Below are positions 43,720-57,500 of a DNA stretch of 64,000 nucleotides, in pieces. A model generated the notes under the pieces. It searched no databases and was not told where the DNA came from. It saw only the letters and a program-made list of their open reading frames with translations. The DNA lies in contig MRSU01010729.1 in assembly GCA_008369845.1 (NCBI GenBank), forward strand, positions 1-64,000. Reading direction: 5' to 3'. Source of the DNA: Trichomonas gallinae. Taxonomy: Eukaryota. The translations under genes were made by a program, and so were the position numbers. How positions within the stretch are numbered: position 1 is the stretch's first letter; every line of letters begins with the position of its first letter.

Positions 43720-44703
43720 ATGAGCACTCTTTCTAACCATATTCGCATTCCACCAGTTATTGGCAAATACAAAGTCCTCAGGCAACTCGGGAAGGGTGGA
43801 TTCGCAGTAGTTGTCCTCGGACAAGATCAAAAAACAGGCGAATACGTTGCAATTAAAATTGTAAATCGTGACGAAATTCAAAAACATAATATCATGATTT
43901 ACCTTGAGAATGAGCTAAGGCTGTGCTCACGATTTGAACACCCATCGATCGTTAAAGTTTTCGACATAATTTATCAACCTGACATAATTATGATTATTAT
44001 GGAGTTTTTCCCAAATGGTGACATACAAACATTAATCTCGCATGGCTTTCATTTGTCGTTTGAAGAAGATTTGCGCATTGCATATCAAATTTTGGATGGA
44101 TTGGTTTATTTACACAAACGAGGAATATGCCATCGCGATATCAAACCAGAAAATATCATGTTTGATGAAAAATTAAATCCGAAACTCGTAGATTTTGGTT
44201 TGGCCAAGGAAAATTCGTCCGCTTTGTCCACTTTCTGCGGAACACCGTGGTATATGGCTCCAGAAGTAATGCTTACAACCGAGTATGATGGAAGGAAAGC
44301 CGATGTATGGGCTTTTGGTGTAACACTTCACATGTTGGTGACGGGCAATCTTCCGTTTCCTCTCAGAGCAGACTCCCAGTTTATTAAGGATATTCAACAA
44401 AACAATCTGATTATCGACGTCCAGCCAAAAGGAATTTTAGGAGAATTAATTTCTAACGCCCTTATTTTTGATCCCAAGCAGAGATGGTCCTCTGAAGATT
44501 TGCTGCTGTATTTGCAACAGAATCAAGTCCAAGCTCGTGGAATTTCAATTGCTGAATTCAATAATCGAAGAAGCGCTTCGAAACAGATATCATTGCCTAA
44601 GTTGATAATTAAGGCTCCTATTCCACTTAAGAATGCCCCAAGATTGGTTGCAGAAAAATCTCAACAAAAATTCAATCTCGTTGTAAGGAAGAGATTGCTT
44701 TAA
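43720..44703 (+). CDS. CAMK-group Ser/Thr protein kinase
   Basis: GKGGFA, VAIK, HRDIKPEN, DFG, TFCGTPWYMAPE, YDGRKADVW; ATG 43720 follows Inr-like TCAGTT (ORF extends to 43648). Confidence 0.93.
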   Translation: MSTLSNHIRIPPVIGKYKVLRQLGKGGFAVVVLGQDQKTGEYVAIKIVNRDEIQKHNIMIYLENELRLCSRFEHPSIVKVFDIIYQPDIIMIIMEFFPNGDIQTLISHGFHLSFEEDLRIAYQILDGLVYLHKRGICHRDIKPENIMFDEKLNPKLVDFGLAKENSSALSTFCGTPWYMAPEVMLTTEYDGRKADVWAFGVTLHMLVTGNLPFPLRADSQFIKDIQQNNLIIDVQPKGILGELISNALIFDPKQRWSSEDLLLYLQQNQVQARGISIAEFNNRRSASKQISLPKLIIKAPIPLKNAPRLVAEKSQQKFNLVVRKRLL

Positions 44704-45247
44704 AATATCCTCTATCTGTTTGAAATAAAGCTGTATTTAGTCTTGTTTAATCGATTACTCTATTTTTATTCAACGAATTTTCCATTTTTACTTTATAAAA
44801 TTGATTAATATATAAAATAACTTCATATTTCTTCTAGTGTGATGAATATACTTGATATTTAATTGCATGCAAGCTGTAGCTTGATAATTTCTGAAGAATT
44901 TTGACTGTGATCTTACTGGAGCAAATATGTTACAAATATACAACATACAAACATATTTAAACGATTATTCAAGCTAAAAATGCTTCATTGGATTTTTCTT
45001 TATGGTGCAGATTTCTAAAAAACCGACAATAAGTTGAGTCGTAAATATAAATATTTGACATGTAACGGGCGTCTTTGTGATAGATTTGCTGTGTAAAGTA
45101 AATGTTTTGATATGAAATCGTGACCTGCCTTTGCTTAGTATGATGACGTTAAGAAACTCCCAGCACATTATAATATTGCATAATAAGCAATATGCTAGAT
45201 ATATGTTATGTGCAAAATGTCCAATCAGCTTTAATTAGTGGTCGATT

Positions 45248-45849
45248 AAATTGATTAATTACTCAGACGAATTCATATCTACTCGATCAATGATGGAGAA
45301 AAATATGGATGCATCCAATTCAGTCTTTGATGTCATTCTGCATCTCTGGTCTACCAAAATGGGGACAGACAGCTTTCACAGCACAAGTCTGCCGTGATTC
45401 AAACTTCTCTTTCGTCAGAGCGATACAAGCACTTGAATTCATAGGAACAAGCGAAGACAAAATTGCTTCAAGTATTCAACAGATATTCGAAGATGCTTAA
45501 AAGAGTCTATATTAAGCAATCATCATTGATAACATAGCCAGATTGATAGAATACACGCTGATAGGTCCTAGATTCTCCAACAAAGTGTTTAACGCGATTT
45601 TGAATCTTCTGACAAATTTGCCTCCGATAGGCAATTTTTGTCACCACATCAAAGAGAGATGAAATGATAGATGTTGGACTCAGCCCACTAACGACATTCG
45701 AGAAACTCACAACAGTAGTTGATGCGATTGCTCCTGAGAAATTCAAGTTTTTTTTCAGAAAATCCAGTACCTATCAAAGAGACCATCCAGGACATCGACT
45801 TATTCGTTTACGAGGTCAAAGGAGGACCAATCACATGGGCAGAGCTTAA
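45248..45849 (+). pseudogene. NSF: Pseudogenic fragment of NSF/Sec18 (D2 AAA domain)
   Basis: SLMSFCISGLPKWGQTAF..SNFSFVR..IQQIFEDA*KSLY*AIIIDNIARLIEYTLIGPRFSNKVFNAI matches NSF D2 (IFDDAYKS..VDDIERLLDYVPIGPRFSN); stops at 45498 and 45513 and frameshifts on both sides. Confidence 0.85.
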
Positions 45850-46201
45850 GTTTGCCCTTGAACAATAATTAATTTTTTTTTTCATTAGAAAACTATCTAT
45901 CAAATGAAAATATTATATTCATCACATAAGATTATGATATATAAAGAATAAACACTCAAAAATAAGAAAGATAAAAAAAGATTTGAAAATACTATGAATA
46001 TATATAGATTTCGAGAAATATTTGAATTTTATAGGTATAAGTGATTCTCTCATTTGATTATCATGAGTAGATATAAGAGATATATTCTAAACTTAAATTT
46101 AATTTAGGAAATAGATGATGGAATTTAAAGAATAACATGTTTAGATAAAATAACAAACAAAATTACATGATACAATACTTCATCGCAAAAAATCCGAATA
46201 A

Positions 46202-47164
46202 TCATTTTTTGAAGGTTACTTCAAAATGCCTTATTTTCGTGAAATTGGTTGAGGAGTTTCTTATTGTCAATTTTGGTAACACTGCTTCGTAGTTTTTCCT
46301 CGGCTGGTAGGAGATTTTCGACATACAGGCTTTGCGTGTTAGATTCTTGTTGATTTCGGCCAACAATTCATCCGCTGTTGCTCTCTTGTTGTGGTCGAAT
46401 ACCAAAGAATTCTTAATTAGCAATCCTATTGTTCCCATCGGCTCGATTTCAAGTTCTAGGGACTTTGATGATAATTCTTTGAGCAATTGGACTTCTGACC
46501 TAGGGGTCCATGGAAAATGGCCTGTAGACATGATATGCATAACAATTCCGAATGCCCAGATATCTGCCTTCTTTCCGTCATATGTGTCATTAGAAATCAA
46601 TTCTGGGGCCATGTAGAATGGTGTGCCGCAGTATGTATGCAATGAAGACGCGTTTTCTTTTGATAATCCAAAATCAATCAGTTTCGCGTTCATATTACTG
46701 TCAAACAGGATGTTTTCAGGCTTAATGTCTCTATGCGAGATTCCACGCTGATGCAAATACTGCAAAGCTTCAAGAATTTGAGTTGCAACTCTAAATTGCT
46801 CTTCATAAGAGAATCTGATGCCCTTAGCAAGTATAGACTGTATATCTCCGTTTGGCAGATAGTCCATGACAATCATGATACTTTCCTCACCGTAAATAAT
46901 TTCATGGACTTTTACAATCGACGGATGATTGAATCTGCTGCATAAACGGAGTTCATTCTCAAAGTAGAACAGCAAATTTTGCTTAATAAGTTCTTCTCTG
47001 CTGACAATCTTGATCGCAAAATTAGTTTTAGTCTTAGGATCTATAGCTAGGACAACGACCGCGAAGCCACCCTTGCCTATGATCTTCTGCACCTGGTATT
47101 TGCCTATTTTGTTTGGAATAACAATTGTGCAGTTGTTGATTCTCGTGTGTGTAACTTGGAACAT
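46202..47164 (-). CDS. CAMK-group Ser/Thr protein kinase, paralog of 43720-44703
   Basis: GKGGFA, FAIK, ENELRLCSRF, HRDIKPEN, DFG, TYCGTPFYMAPE. Confidence 0.93.
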   Translation of the reverse strand: MFQVTHTRINNCTIVIPNKIGKYQVQKIIGKGGFAVVVLAIDPKTKTNFAIKIVSREELIKQNLLFYFENELRLCSRFNHPSIVKVHEIIYGEESIMIVMDYLPNGDIQSILAKGIRFSYEEQFRVATQILEALQYLHQRGISHRDIKPENILFDSNMNAKLIDFGLSKENASSLHTYCGTPFYMAPELISNDTYDGKKADIWAFGIVMHIMSTGHFPWTPRSEVQLLKELSSKSLELEIEPMGTIGLLIKNSLVFDHNKRATADELLAEINKNLTRKACMSKISYQPRKNYEAVLPKLTIRNSSTNFTKIRHFEVTFKK

Positions 47165-48593
47165 AAAAAATAATGATTATTTTTTAGATTTTCTGCATAA
47201 TTTTATTCTGTGTATATTATAATAGCATATTTTTTAAAGTAAACTTCACTTTCTATCAAAATTATAAAATCTTCTGATATTCAATATTGATTATATAAGA
47301 ACATCGTTTATATCATTATTTTAGATTAAATAATCAAAATCCGTTATTTCCAGAATTCTCAAAGAAATTTGGATTTTAAATCATACGATATGCTTATAAA
47401 ATAATACGCAATATTTCATCAATTTAAAATCCCTCATTGAAAAATATTTTTAAGTAATAATATATATATTATAATGTTAGAGTATATCAATAATTTATGA
47501 AAATAATTTTTGATCTCAAAATTTTGTGAATGAATTTTTAATTCAGGAATCGAAATTTAGAATATAGATCGATGATGCATAATATTTAGTTTTGTCAAAT
47601 TTTAATTTATCGTAAATATTATTATACACATGATAATAAGCAACTTTCGAATAAACTTTTCTTTGAGTTTTTTCCTCATTCAATTATTTCAATGCATTCA
47701 AAAAATATTTAGTTAAAAGATGCTTAAAAATTTGTATATATCTCGTACGATAAATAAAAATCGATTTGTCACCTTTTCGTATAATTCTCACAAAATGATT
47801 AAATGAATTTTCTAATATATCTAGCATCAACAGTTAATTAGCAATAAAATTTCTATTGGCAAAATCGTAAAAAATTGTAAAGTTTTTGTTGTTTTGACTT
47901 TTTTTCGAAAATAAACGGGATAAATATCATCTATACATCATATACTCCATGCATATTCCATAAAATGGTTTCCTTGTTTTATAATTTTCTTAGAGCAATT
48001 TCATTTCGTCGGAGATTTGGCAGTTTCAATCCAATTTTGTGTTTAAAGCTATGGGCATTAAAAAGTACAGTGTTCTATCACGCTAAATCCATTACAGTGT
48101 TTAATCTAAAATAATCTTAACCCAAAGTTTGCTATATATAAGTTATTTACCCGTATTTGTTGAGATAATACGCAAAATTATAGAAAAATTTTACCGGGAG
48201 GTTCTAAATAATAATAAGTCACCCATTTGTTTAAGAACGCACATAAATTGTAAAAACTGGCTTAAAAACTTAAAACTCATGAATATATTCGCACAAAGAT
48301 CAAATTTATTAATATTATATGCTCTATTATTCATTTACAATTTTTTCAATTAAATTAGTCAAGCTTATCACATATTTATTTTGGTAAATACACTCCCATT
48401 ATATCAAATATAAGGTGTTTGCACTGTGAAATTACAAAAAATAACCACCATTAAAAATAATTAATTATACAAACATAATATAAAACATTTTAAAACAAAA
48501 ATATATGAATGTAAATAAATACAAACATATATGGATACATGTGTGAGCTTGGGATTGATTAATTAGTGGAAATCCCAAAAAATAGAAAAATAA

Positions 48594-51500
48594 TTAAACT
48601 GAGTCTAGTATTCTTTCATATCTGTTTAGCAAAAGTTTAGCCTTGATGACTTTTGCTTCCAGAATTAATTTCTTCATTAAATCTTCATCTGACAAACTTT
48701 GAATATCTAATTTATGTGTAATAATTTCTTCTGGTTCAGGTGATGCGTTTGTTGTTGATACAAGCTTCTCAGCTGCAGCGCAACAAGCAGAAACAGCTGT
48801 ATCTAACATAGAAGTGTATTCAGATGAAATCGTGTTATTATATGTTTCGAGCAAATCAGCGAAAGGCGACATTGCTGCAAAAATGTGTTCATCATTTGTT
48901 CCTTTCTTTGCGAACATGTCATGGATGTGTGCATCAACATTCTTTAATTGAATAGTGACTTTGTTCGCGAAATTAGAGAGTAAATCAATATTTAAGCCGT
49001 TCGATGGATTTTCTTGCATATAAACAAAAATAGATTTGATTGATTCTCCGAGTTTTTTAGAGACTTCTAAAGCTTGAAGGGCTCTTTCTTTTGTTGGACC
49101 TTTAGGAAGAGCGTTTGCTGTGTTCTGTGATGAAATCAACAAATCCAAAGCTTCGTTTAATGGTGTCATTGTTTGCGAGAATTTGATACCGAAGTTTTGT
49201 TTCATTTTTTCATCTTTTTCTGAATCTTTTGCTATTGTTGACAATGATTTATTGAGTTTGGAGAATATGCTGTCAACACTTATTTGATTTTCTTTTGTTG
49301 TTGATTCGTAATTTGGGCAAGAAAGAAGGAATTTCATTCTTGTGTTGTTAATAACGCAATTGAAAATGCTGGAGATTTCATTCATCGATTTTTCGATTTC
49401 TGATTTTCTTTCGAAGTTAATCATTACTCCTTGAAGACTCTGCATTCTGCTGCAAATCTGTTTTAATTGCTTGTTCATTGCGTTGACTTTATCGCAGAGC
49501 TCTGTGTTCGATGTTTTAGAAGATAAAGATTTGTTTGTGAAATCTGTGAAATCTGTGACAAATCTTGAGTTGAGCAGCATTATTTCACTACAAACATCAG
49601 AAGTGTTGATGTCTGTTGTCTCCTGTTGAGTTGTTGGAATTGAAAATTGAATTGGAAGTTTTTCGTTTGATGCCAAATCTGGTACATCTGATTCTTTCTC
49701 TGTCATGTCTCCTAAAGAAGAAACAGTCTCAACCATGATGGAAGAAAGATCAGATAAAGTTGCAGTGAGGTCTGAAATGTTGTTGGATTTGTTAGAAGTG
49801 TTCAAAAGATTTTCAAATTTCGAACACAAATTTGTTATGTTTTTGCTGAATTTGGCATCAGCTGAAATGTTTTTGTTCATATTTATTAGTTGAGATGCAA
49901 CATCTTGGACAGATTTCACAGTGTTTTTAATTGTAGGTAGTTGAGATTTCATAACCGCAACATAGCTTTCATCAACTTTTGTTGTTGCTCTGAGTGAAAG
50001 TGTTGAAAGCATTGATTGCATGGCTGATGAAATTCCTTTCATGAATTCGTTTCTTTTCTGTTCGAATTTAGTTTTTGCAGGCGGTGATGATTCTGGATTG
50101 ACAATTGTGTCTTTCATTCTTTCAATAACTCTTGCGAGTCTTCTTTGCGATCTCATTAATGAAATTGGAGTTGCTGATGATTTAGATGAGACAATTGTGT
50201 TCAAATAGTTGATTGTTCTGTCCATTCTTCCAACGAAGTCAACCATTGCTGGGAAGGATAAGTTGCTGTTGTTCAAGTTGAAACCTCTGAGAAGCAAGTT
50301 TTGCGTGTCTGCTGTTGTTTTAACAATTTCAACTAAGTTTTCTGATGCTTTTGTCTTCTCTGGAGTTGAAATTGCTTGGACTAAAGAGTTAATAGATGAA
50401 TTGATCTGTGAAAGATTATCATTGACAATAGGGGAAATCTGTGAAACAGTTTTAACTTCATTGACAACAGAAAACGGAACTTTTGCTTCAGATGAAATTA
50501 TAGAAACAACAGAAGGAACTGATGAAGCAATGATTGAAACAGCATTTTTAGTTGCTGGATCCGTTGGTTTGAAACAAATCTGTTTGACTGCTGGAGCAAT
50601 TTTTGCGAGTCCATCTTCAATGTGCTTAAACTGTTTTAATAGTTTCTCGCTTGAGTTGTTTGAATAAGCTTGAACTTTCGCAGCTTTGAAGTTTGCAATT
50701 TCGATGTTTGCTTTTGGAATATCATTGGATTTGATTGCTGATATCAAGTTGGAAGCAATTGCGATTGGATCCTTCTTTTCATTCGACAAAGCAGAAGAGA
50801 CAGACAAAGCAGTTTGTAGTAATTCTGAAAGTGAGTTTCTATATAAAGCAAAATTCGTTGGATCTTTTAGATTGACAGAATTCTTGTATATTGTTGACGT
50901 GTGCGCAATGCAAATTGAAGGATCAGGTGGTAACAATGTTCTTGCGTTTTTGTTGATTGTCGGATAAATTCTTGTCATTGAGCCAACGAAATCGGGTAAT
51001 GTTTGAACTAAAACTTCAACTTCTGGGTTGTAAACTAATTCATTGGTTTCCAATAACTTCTTGCAAGCCTCAGAAATTGCTTCACTTGTGTTTTTCAATG
51101 TTGACTGTGCTTGCTCTATTGGAGCATTTGCCATTGACGAAACAGTTTGCACAGTATTATTTGCTGTTTCAACCAAATCTTTCATGACTTGGCTGATTTC
51201 TGGCGTTTGAATTTTTGTGGATTTTTGTGCTGTTGTTATTGCTTCAACGTTAATTGGCTGATCGAATATAGAAATAGGCCTGATGTATCTTTCAGTGAAA
51301 ACAAAATCAGGAACTTCTTCATATTCATCTTTAGTAACAGCCGAATTCTTTTTGCCTGATTTCTTTATGATGACAGATTTCTTGTTTCCTTTCTTGACAA
51401 CAACACTTTTAGCATCTGAACACGCAGCAGAAACAATAGCATCCAAGGCTTTCTTTCCTTTGACTGTGCTCTTCTTGATTGTAACGTTTTTGCCGCCTTT

Positions 51501-54500
51501 TGACTTCTTTGTTTCTTCGATTTTAGAAGCTTCTGATGATTTTGGAGTTAATTTCTTGATTAACTTTGGATTTTTAGCGACAGATGAAACAGCAATCTTG
51601 TTCATGCCGAGCTTAGATGCTTCTGTGGCAAGTTGCCTTTCATTTAATGTCACTGGTTTGATTGTGTCTGCCAAACTTTGCATGATGCAAGATAGTTTTT
51701 CTAATGATTGTGTATCTGTTAGATTTGCATCATCAATTGGATTTTCAATCATTTGTCTGACTTTCTGCTGCAATTCTGGGATTTCTTGCTCAGTGATGTT
51801 TACATTCTTAAGTGAATTGTTATTGGGAAGCTTTAATGACAGGTTTTGAATTGTTGAGAAAAGTTTATAACTTAATCTTGCTCTTTCTTTCTGTTCTACT
51901 GCATCTTGTGAAATAGTTGCAAGTTCAGCATCAGATTTTAGCTGTAGTTCTGTTAGCGCGTGTGGAATTTTAGCAAAAGTATCAACCTTTTGTGACAAAA
52001 TTTCGTTGATGATGTCAGTCGTTGAAACAGCATTTAATGCTTTACTCTTTAATTGATTATTTGCTTCAATCAATGAATGAACAACAGAATCATTGTAAAG
52101 TGAATCAATTGATGAACCAATCAATAGTTGTTGTAAAACTAAATCATCAGGATTCGTTGCTTGAAGCTCTGCTTGTAATTCTTCAGTATTGGTTGTGTTG
52201 AGTTGGTTGAAAATATCTACTCTGAGTTGATCAAGTTTTTCTGGTGTAAGCTGTTCAGAAACTCTTTCAATTAGTTGAGGAACAGAAGCTTCAATGATTC
52301 CTGGAATTGCTGCAACTCGTTTTCTTTGCAAATTCGCTAAAACATCAATTGTCGACATTTGCGTGAATATATTTGATGACTTTTCGATATTTGCTGGAAT
52401 GTCAACAAGTTGCAGAGAAGTTACATTCTTAGGATCTCTTTGTAATAGTGAAGCGTGATCGAATATTTTGTCTTCCATTGCCATGTTTTTTACAACAGTA
52501 TCAGTGTTTGAGAATGAAGCAATACTATCCAAAGAATGAATCAAAGTTGATAAAAGGAAGGATTGATCAACTGGTGCTAATTCAGCCAAAGCATTATTTA
52601 ATGATTCAGGATGGAATTCAATTACACCGTTAACGTAATCAATCTTCTTTGAGATAATATCGCTATAATGTGGATTGGTATTCAATATTGTCTGCAATTC
52701 TTGTGGTGACATTGGCCTTTGCAGTTTTTGTCTGACATTTTGAATTGCGCTTGAAATCTGCATGGCTTTGGAAGCAGAAACATTCAAGTAGTCAATCATC
52801 TGCATCGGCTGTAAAATAGATGCTTGTTTGATGTCAATTGATTGTATTTTGTCTGGATTGGCAAACATCGAATCGAGTTCTTTCTCAACAATTTGTGAAG
52901 CAAGTTTAGAGAAGATCTGACCAATGTTTGAGTTATTCGCTCTGAATTCTTTGTCAATGCTTGTCGTATCTGTTGTTGAAACGTAATTTAAGAGTTGGTT
53001 TATGATATTTATTTGCGACTGAATGTTTTCTGGTGACAATGTAGCCAAATATTGTGAATATTGGTCTTGGTCATCAATTAATTCGACTTGTTTAGCAATC
53101 ATGACGATATCTTGTTTTGGATCTTTTGAAAGTTGAAGAACTTGAACAGAAGCTGATGGAGAAGCAGAAAGTTGCTGATGGATTGATATGAGTTTCTGCG
53201 TCAAATCGAGTTTGCACATTGAATATGTTAAATAACTTTCGATTTTCTGTGATTTAGGTAATTCTACTAAAGCTGACAAATTAGATTTGTTTTGATCGTT
53301 TTTCAGTGCTTCGAATTGATTCAATAAAGCGGAAGATAGAACTGAAATTTCTCTGGGACTTATTTTGTCATCGACAGCAATTTTGTTTCCAATTGAATCA
53401 GCAATCATTTCTAGTAAATTCGTTGTGATTCTTATTTCGTGTATTAATGATTTTGGTGAAGTTGATTTCAATGAAATAGAAAGTGATTCAGGAGTGTTTA
53501 AGCTCTTGATATGATTTGTTATCATGTTTTGAGCTTCAGTAATTTCATGAGCTGCAAGATTTTGATTTAGTGCTTTGAAACCTTCCGATGTTTTCGCGAA
53601 GCGGAAAATATCTGGATTCTGTTGCAAAATTTCTGAATTTAATGTCTGCAATTTCGCGAGTAGATTCATCATTGTTACACATCTACAGAAATAGTTTTGA
53701 ACATTTGATGGATTAGATATTGGTGGAGTGTTTGAGTTTGTACTTTGGACAACAAAGCTTTCGAACATTTGCATATTTAATTTCTTCATTGTTGCTGAAA
53801 GATTCGAACCAGGAAGCTGCATCTCAGACGATAAAACAGATTTAGCTGCATCTGATAATAATGATTGCTGTAATATGACTTGGTTCGGATTTAATTCAGA
53901 TTGTGTGCTTCTTAATGATTCTAAATTGTTGATTGTGTTTAGCTGATTTAACAACAAGTTGATGTTTGATTGTACATCACTTAAATGGATATCAGCTGTA
54001 TTGGCGATTGATTGAATATCAGGAAAAACTGTTCTCTGCTGATTTTGCATGTCTGTTAATCTTTGGGCTAAAATAAAGTTTTGATTTTGACGAATAATGT
54101 TCTTGAAAATATCATTCAAAGCTGTTGGGGGAGAATTGATGTCAACTTCTTGAATATCAGCAATTTTTGATTCAATTGGCTTTGAGTCAATAAGAGAATT
54201 AATTTTTGTAACAGTTGAAAGTGGCTGAGCCAGTCTTTCTTTTTGCAGAGCGAATATTTCTTTAGCATTTACAACAACAGGTTTAATTGGAGTATTATTG
54301 ATTCCTGATGTTGTTGCGATGCTTGCAACAGATGAATCTGCTGATGCTTGCAAAGCCATGGCGAGTTTAGAGATCGATTGAGCTGTTAACGCAGACGCTT
54401 GTTCTTTGAACATGCTTAAGTCGAGTTTAATTGGTTTGTTTGCTGGTGCTACTCTGTTGACTGTTAGTTTAGGAACAGAAACTGTTGCAATTTGCTTTGA

Positions 54501-57500
54501 ATTGTTTATAGCAACATTTGCCATGTTCTTGAAATCGTTTAAGTTCACGATTTGATTGGAGTTCATTTGTTTGTTGACTTCGAGTTTCATTTTAGATACA
54601 ACCTGAAGGGTAACTTGTGCTGCTTTGTTTGTATTCAAAGCCGATAGTTTCTTGCCTAAACTAGCCAGTGCAGCATCAGCTGATGACAAAGCAATTGTTT
54701 GCTCAGCTTTGAGTTTTGATGAGTTCAATGATGATTCAAGATCTCTGAGAATTGATGCCAAAGAAGATTCAGCTTCATTTCTGATAATTTCTGGAGAATT
54801 TGTTTCTTTGTTTGTGGACCAAATTCTCATGACTGGCTTGAGTTTTGACAAGAAATTAAATGAATTGTTGACCGCATCTTTTTCTTGTGAATGTGGAGCG
54901 TTTTTGTTGACGATATCCAAGCAAGAATCATTAAAATTAGTCAAGAGATTTGATAAGAGTTCTGCGTTTTCGTTGTTAAATGCAATGCCTCTTTGATTGT
55001 TCTTCAGGATTGGAACCATTTGGTCGAGAATTGTTTGTGCAGAATCTGGAATTTTTCCGAGTTCATCTTTCTGCATGATATCTTCGAGATTCTTAGCTAT
55101 GCTATCAGCGCAAGTTGAAACGAGAGCTTCCATGACAAGATCTGATTGTTTCAGCCATGGTGAGAATTCTGATAAAACTTGTACCAAGCCTTTCGTTGAA
55201 TCTTTCAATTGAGGAATGTTCGATAACATGTTGACGAAAGTAGTTATTGAATCATAAAAATTGTGAAGAGCTTGGTATTGTGTGATTGCATTCTCAAATG
55301 TTGGAATTGATGTCAAGATCTTTGGATCAATTGCATCAACGTCTGACTGAAGATGAGAATAAATGTCAACGGCTTCTTGAGGAATTAAGCTCATATAAGC
55401 AGAAACAATTTTGTCAATTTCAGATAAAGCTCTTGAGAACAAAACTGAATAACTTGATGCCTTCAAGCAGTCTCGTAAAGCCAATATTTGAAGCATCTTT
55501 TCTCTCATCTCTGGTACATTTGAAGAAATTGCTATGATTCTAGCGGCATCTGATGCATAAATTGGTTTTCCTGTTTTGATGCATGGAATGAATGCTCTTG
55601 CATTGTTGACTATGGATAATGGAACTCCTTGTTGCATTTGTTGTAGTCTTGCCAAGAAATTCAAATAAGGGGCAACCTCATCTGGTTTGATTGCTTGAGC
55701 CATTATATGGTTAGCAGCGAGATTGAAAGCGGCAACAGTTTGATCATCGAGTTCTTTTGGCTTGCGAGGTATCAAATGACCAGCAACTTTGATTGGAATT
55801 CTCTGCTGTGTTGTGTATTTGTTAGTTATTGAATAAACTGGCTCAAGGTTATCAATACATTCTAAAGCACCGGGAACATTATCAAGTGTTTGAAGTAGGT
55901 TAGCTGTTAAGTTGTTTAATTGGTCAAGCAGCTGTTGCTGAGTTTGAATATTTTGTGTTGGCATTTGTCGAGCGATTGTTGTTGCATTTTGTTGATATGT
56001 TTGGATGAGTTTGAGTAACTCATTGTTAGCTTTGACTTCATTGAGATTGAAAAGATTTGCGATTGCAGGTAGAACTGATTCAACATTCCTAACTATGCTT
56101 TCAACAATCTTTGGCGCTGAAACTGTTGTCAAATGAGGCCTTGTAAGCATCATGTGGCATTTGGTGACATTGTCGGAAATTGTTTTCATCGCTTGCACAA
56201 ATGATTCATTGTTGAGATAACCAGTTATTTTAGAAGCATTTTCAAGACAATCAGGCATAATTTCTTTGGCTTTGATGAAAGTGTTGATTAAAAGTTTGTC
56301 GTCAGTTGAAACTTGTGCCTGAGCGAGATTTAGTTCAGAGAGTAATTTCTTGAGGAGTTCGCAGGTGTTGTTGGCTTCGATGTTGTCGCTGATATTCTTC
56401 CTTTGCTGAGCCTTTGTAATGATTTGAGCCAAAGAATTGAACTGTTTGTTGACTTCTTGGATGATTTCAGAGACCTCGCTTGCTGTTGAAACATCTCTGA
56501 ATGGGGAACTGTCGAATTCGAATTTTTCGATTGTCGGAAGAAGTCTGACGCATGAAACAGCAATTGATGAATGATTTCTAACAGCTGCAATTATTTTACC
56601 AAAAGCAGTGTAGTCAGCATTGTTCAAATATGGTTTTAGTTCTGTTGGAATTTGTGCCAATGCATTGTTGATTTTCAGCAATGCATCTTTGACTTTGATA
56701 ACATCAGATTCTACTGGTTTTTGCTTCTGTTTGAGTTGTCCATATTCGAAGAAGCCTTGATTGAGAGTGTTGGACCAGTCATTGATGATTCTTAATGCTG
56801 TCATATCCGTTTTAACCATGTCCTTTGCTTTGAGACTTTCGAGAATAGACTGCAGAGATTGCATCGGATTGATGTTTTCGTCAATTGATTTGATTGCAAG
56901 ATCAATGTTTGGTGGAGTCTTGATTAATGAATAATCAAGATTGGAAAGAGCTTTTTCGACAATTGTCGTAAATGAGCTGTTTTGTTTGTAAGCTTGAACA
57001 CCTAACAACAAATTCTTGATATCTTGATTCATCTGTTTTAACTGTTCAGCCAATGGAATGAATTCAGCTGTTGGATCTTGGAATTGAACTTCAAGCTCCT
57101 TACCGACTTGATTGTATAGTTGGATTCTTTTCTGTAATTCTTCCGAAACTTTTGGCTTCGATTGAATTTCAGGTGTTTTAATGAGCTCTGAGAACACTTG
57201 GATTTCTTTGACGACATCTTGAATGATTTCTCCAACTTGCTCTTTGCTTGGTGGTTTCCTAAAATCATTGATTCCTGATGCATTGAATGATTCGATTGCG
57301 GCATCTATTGCTGCTGCACAAATTGATGTCAAAGGACCAATCTTTGATTCAGGAGCAAGATTTTGGAGTCTTGATGCAATTTCAACAATTCTATCAACTT
57401 GTATTTTAGCCTCATCGAGAGCATCTGTTGCATTCTTGATGTAAGGTTGATAGAATGGTCTCTTCTTGAGGTCTTTCCTGCAATTGTTTTGAGTTTCACG

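Noticed and set aside
39080..45515. In-frame TAA codons suggesting TAA reassignment (alternative genetic code)
   Set aside because: Most intact genes here end in TAA at the expected positions, and the affected loci carry other lesions
47170..48590. Long AT-rich spacer examined for transposon ends or RNA genes
   Set aside because: No terminal inverted repeats, tRNA boxes or credible ORF seen
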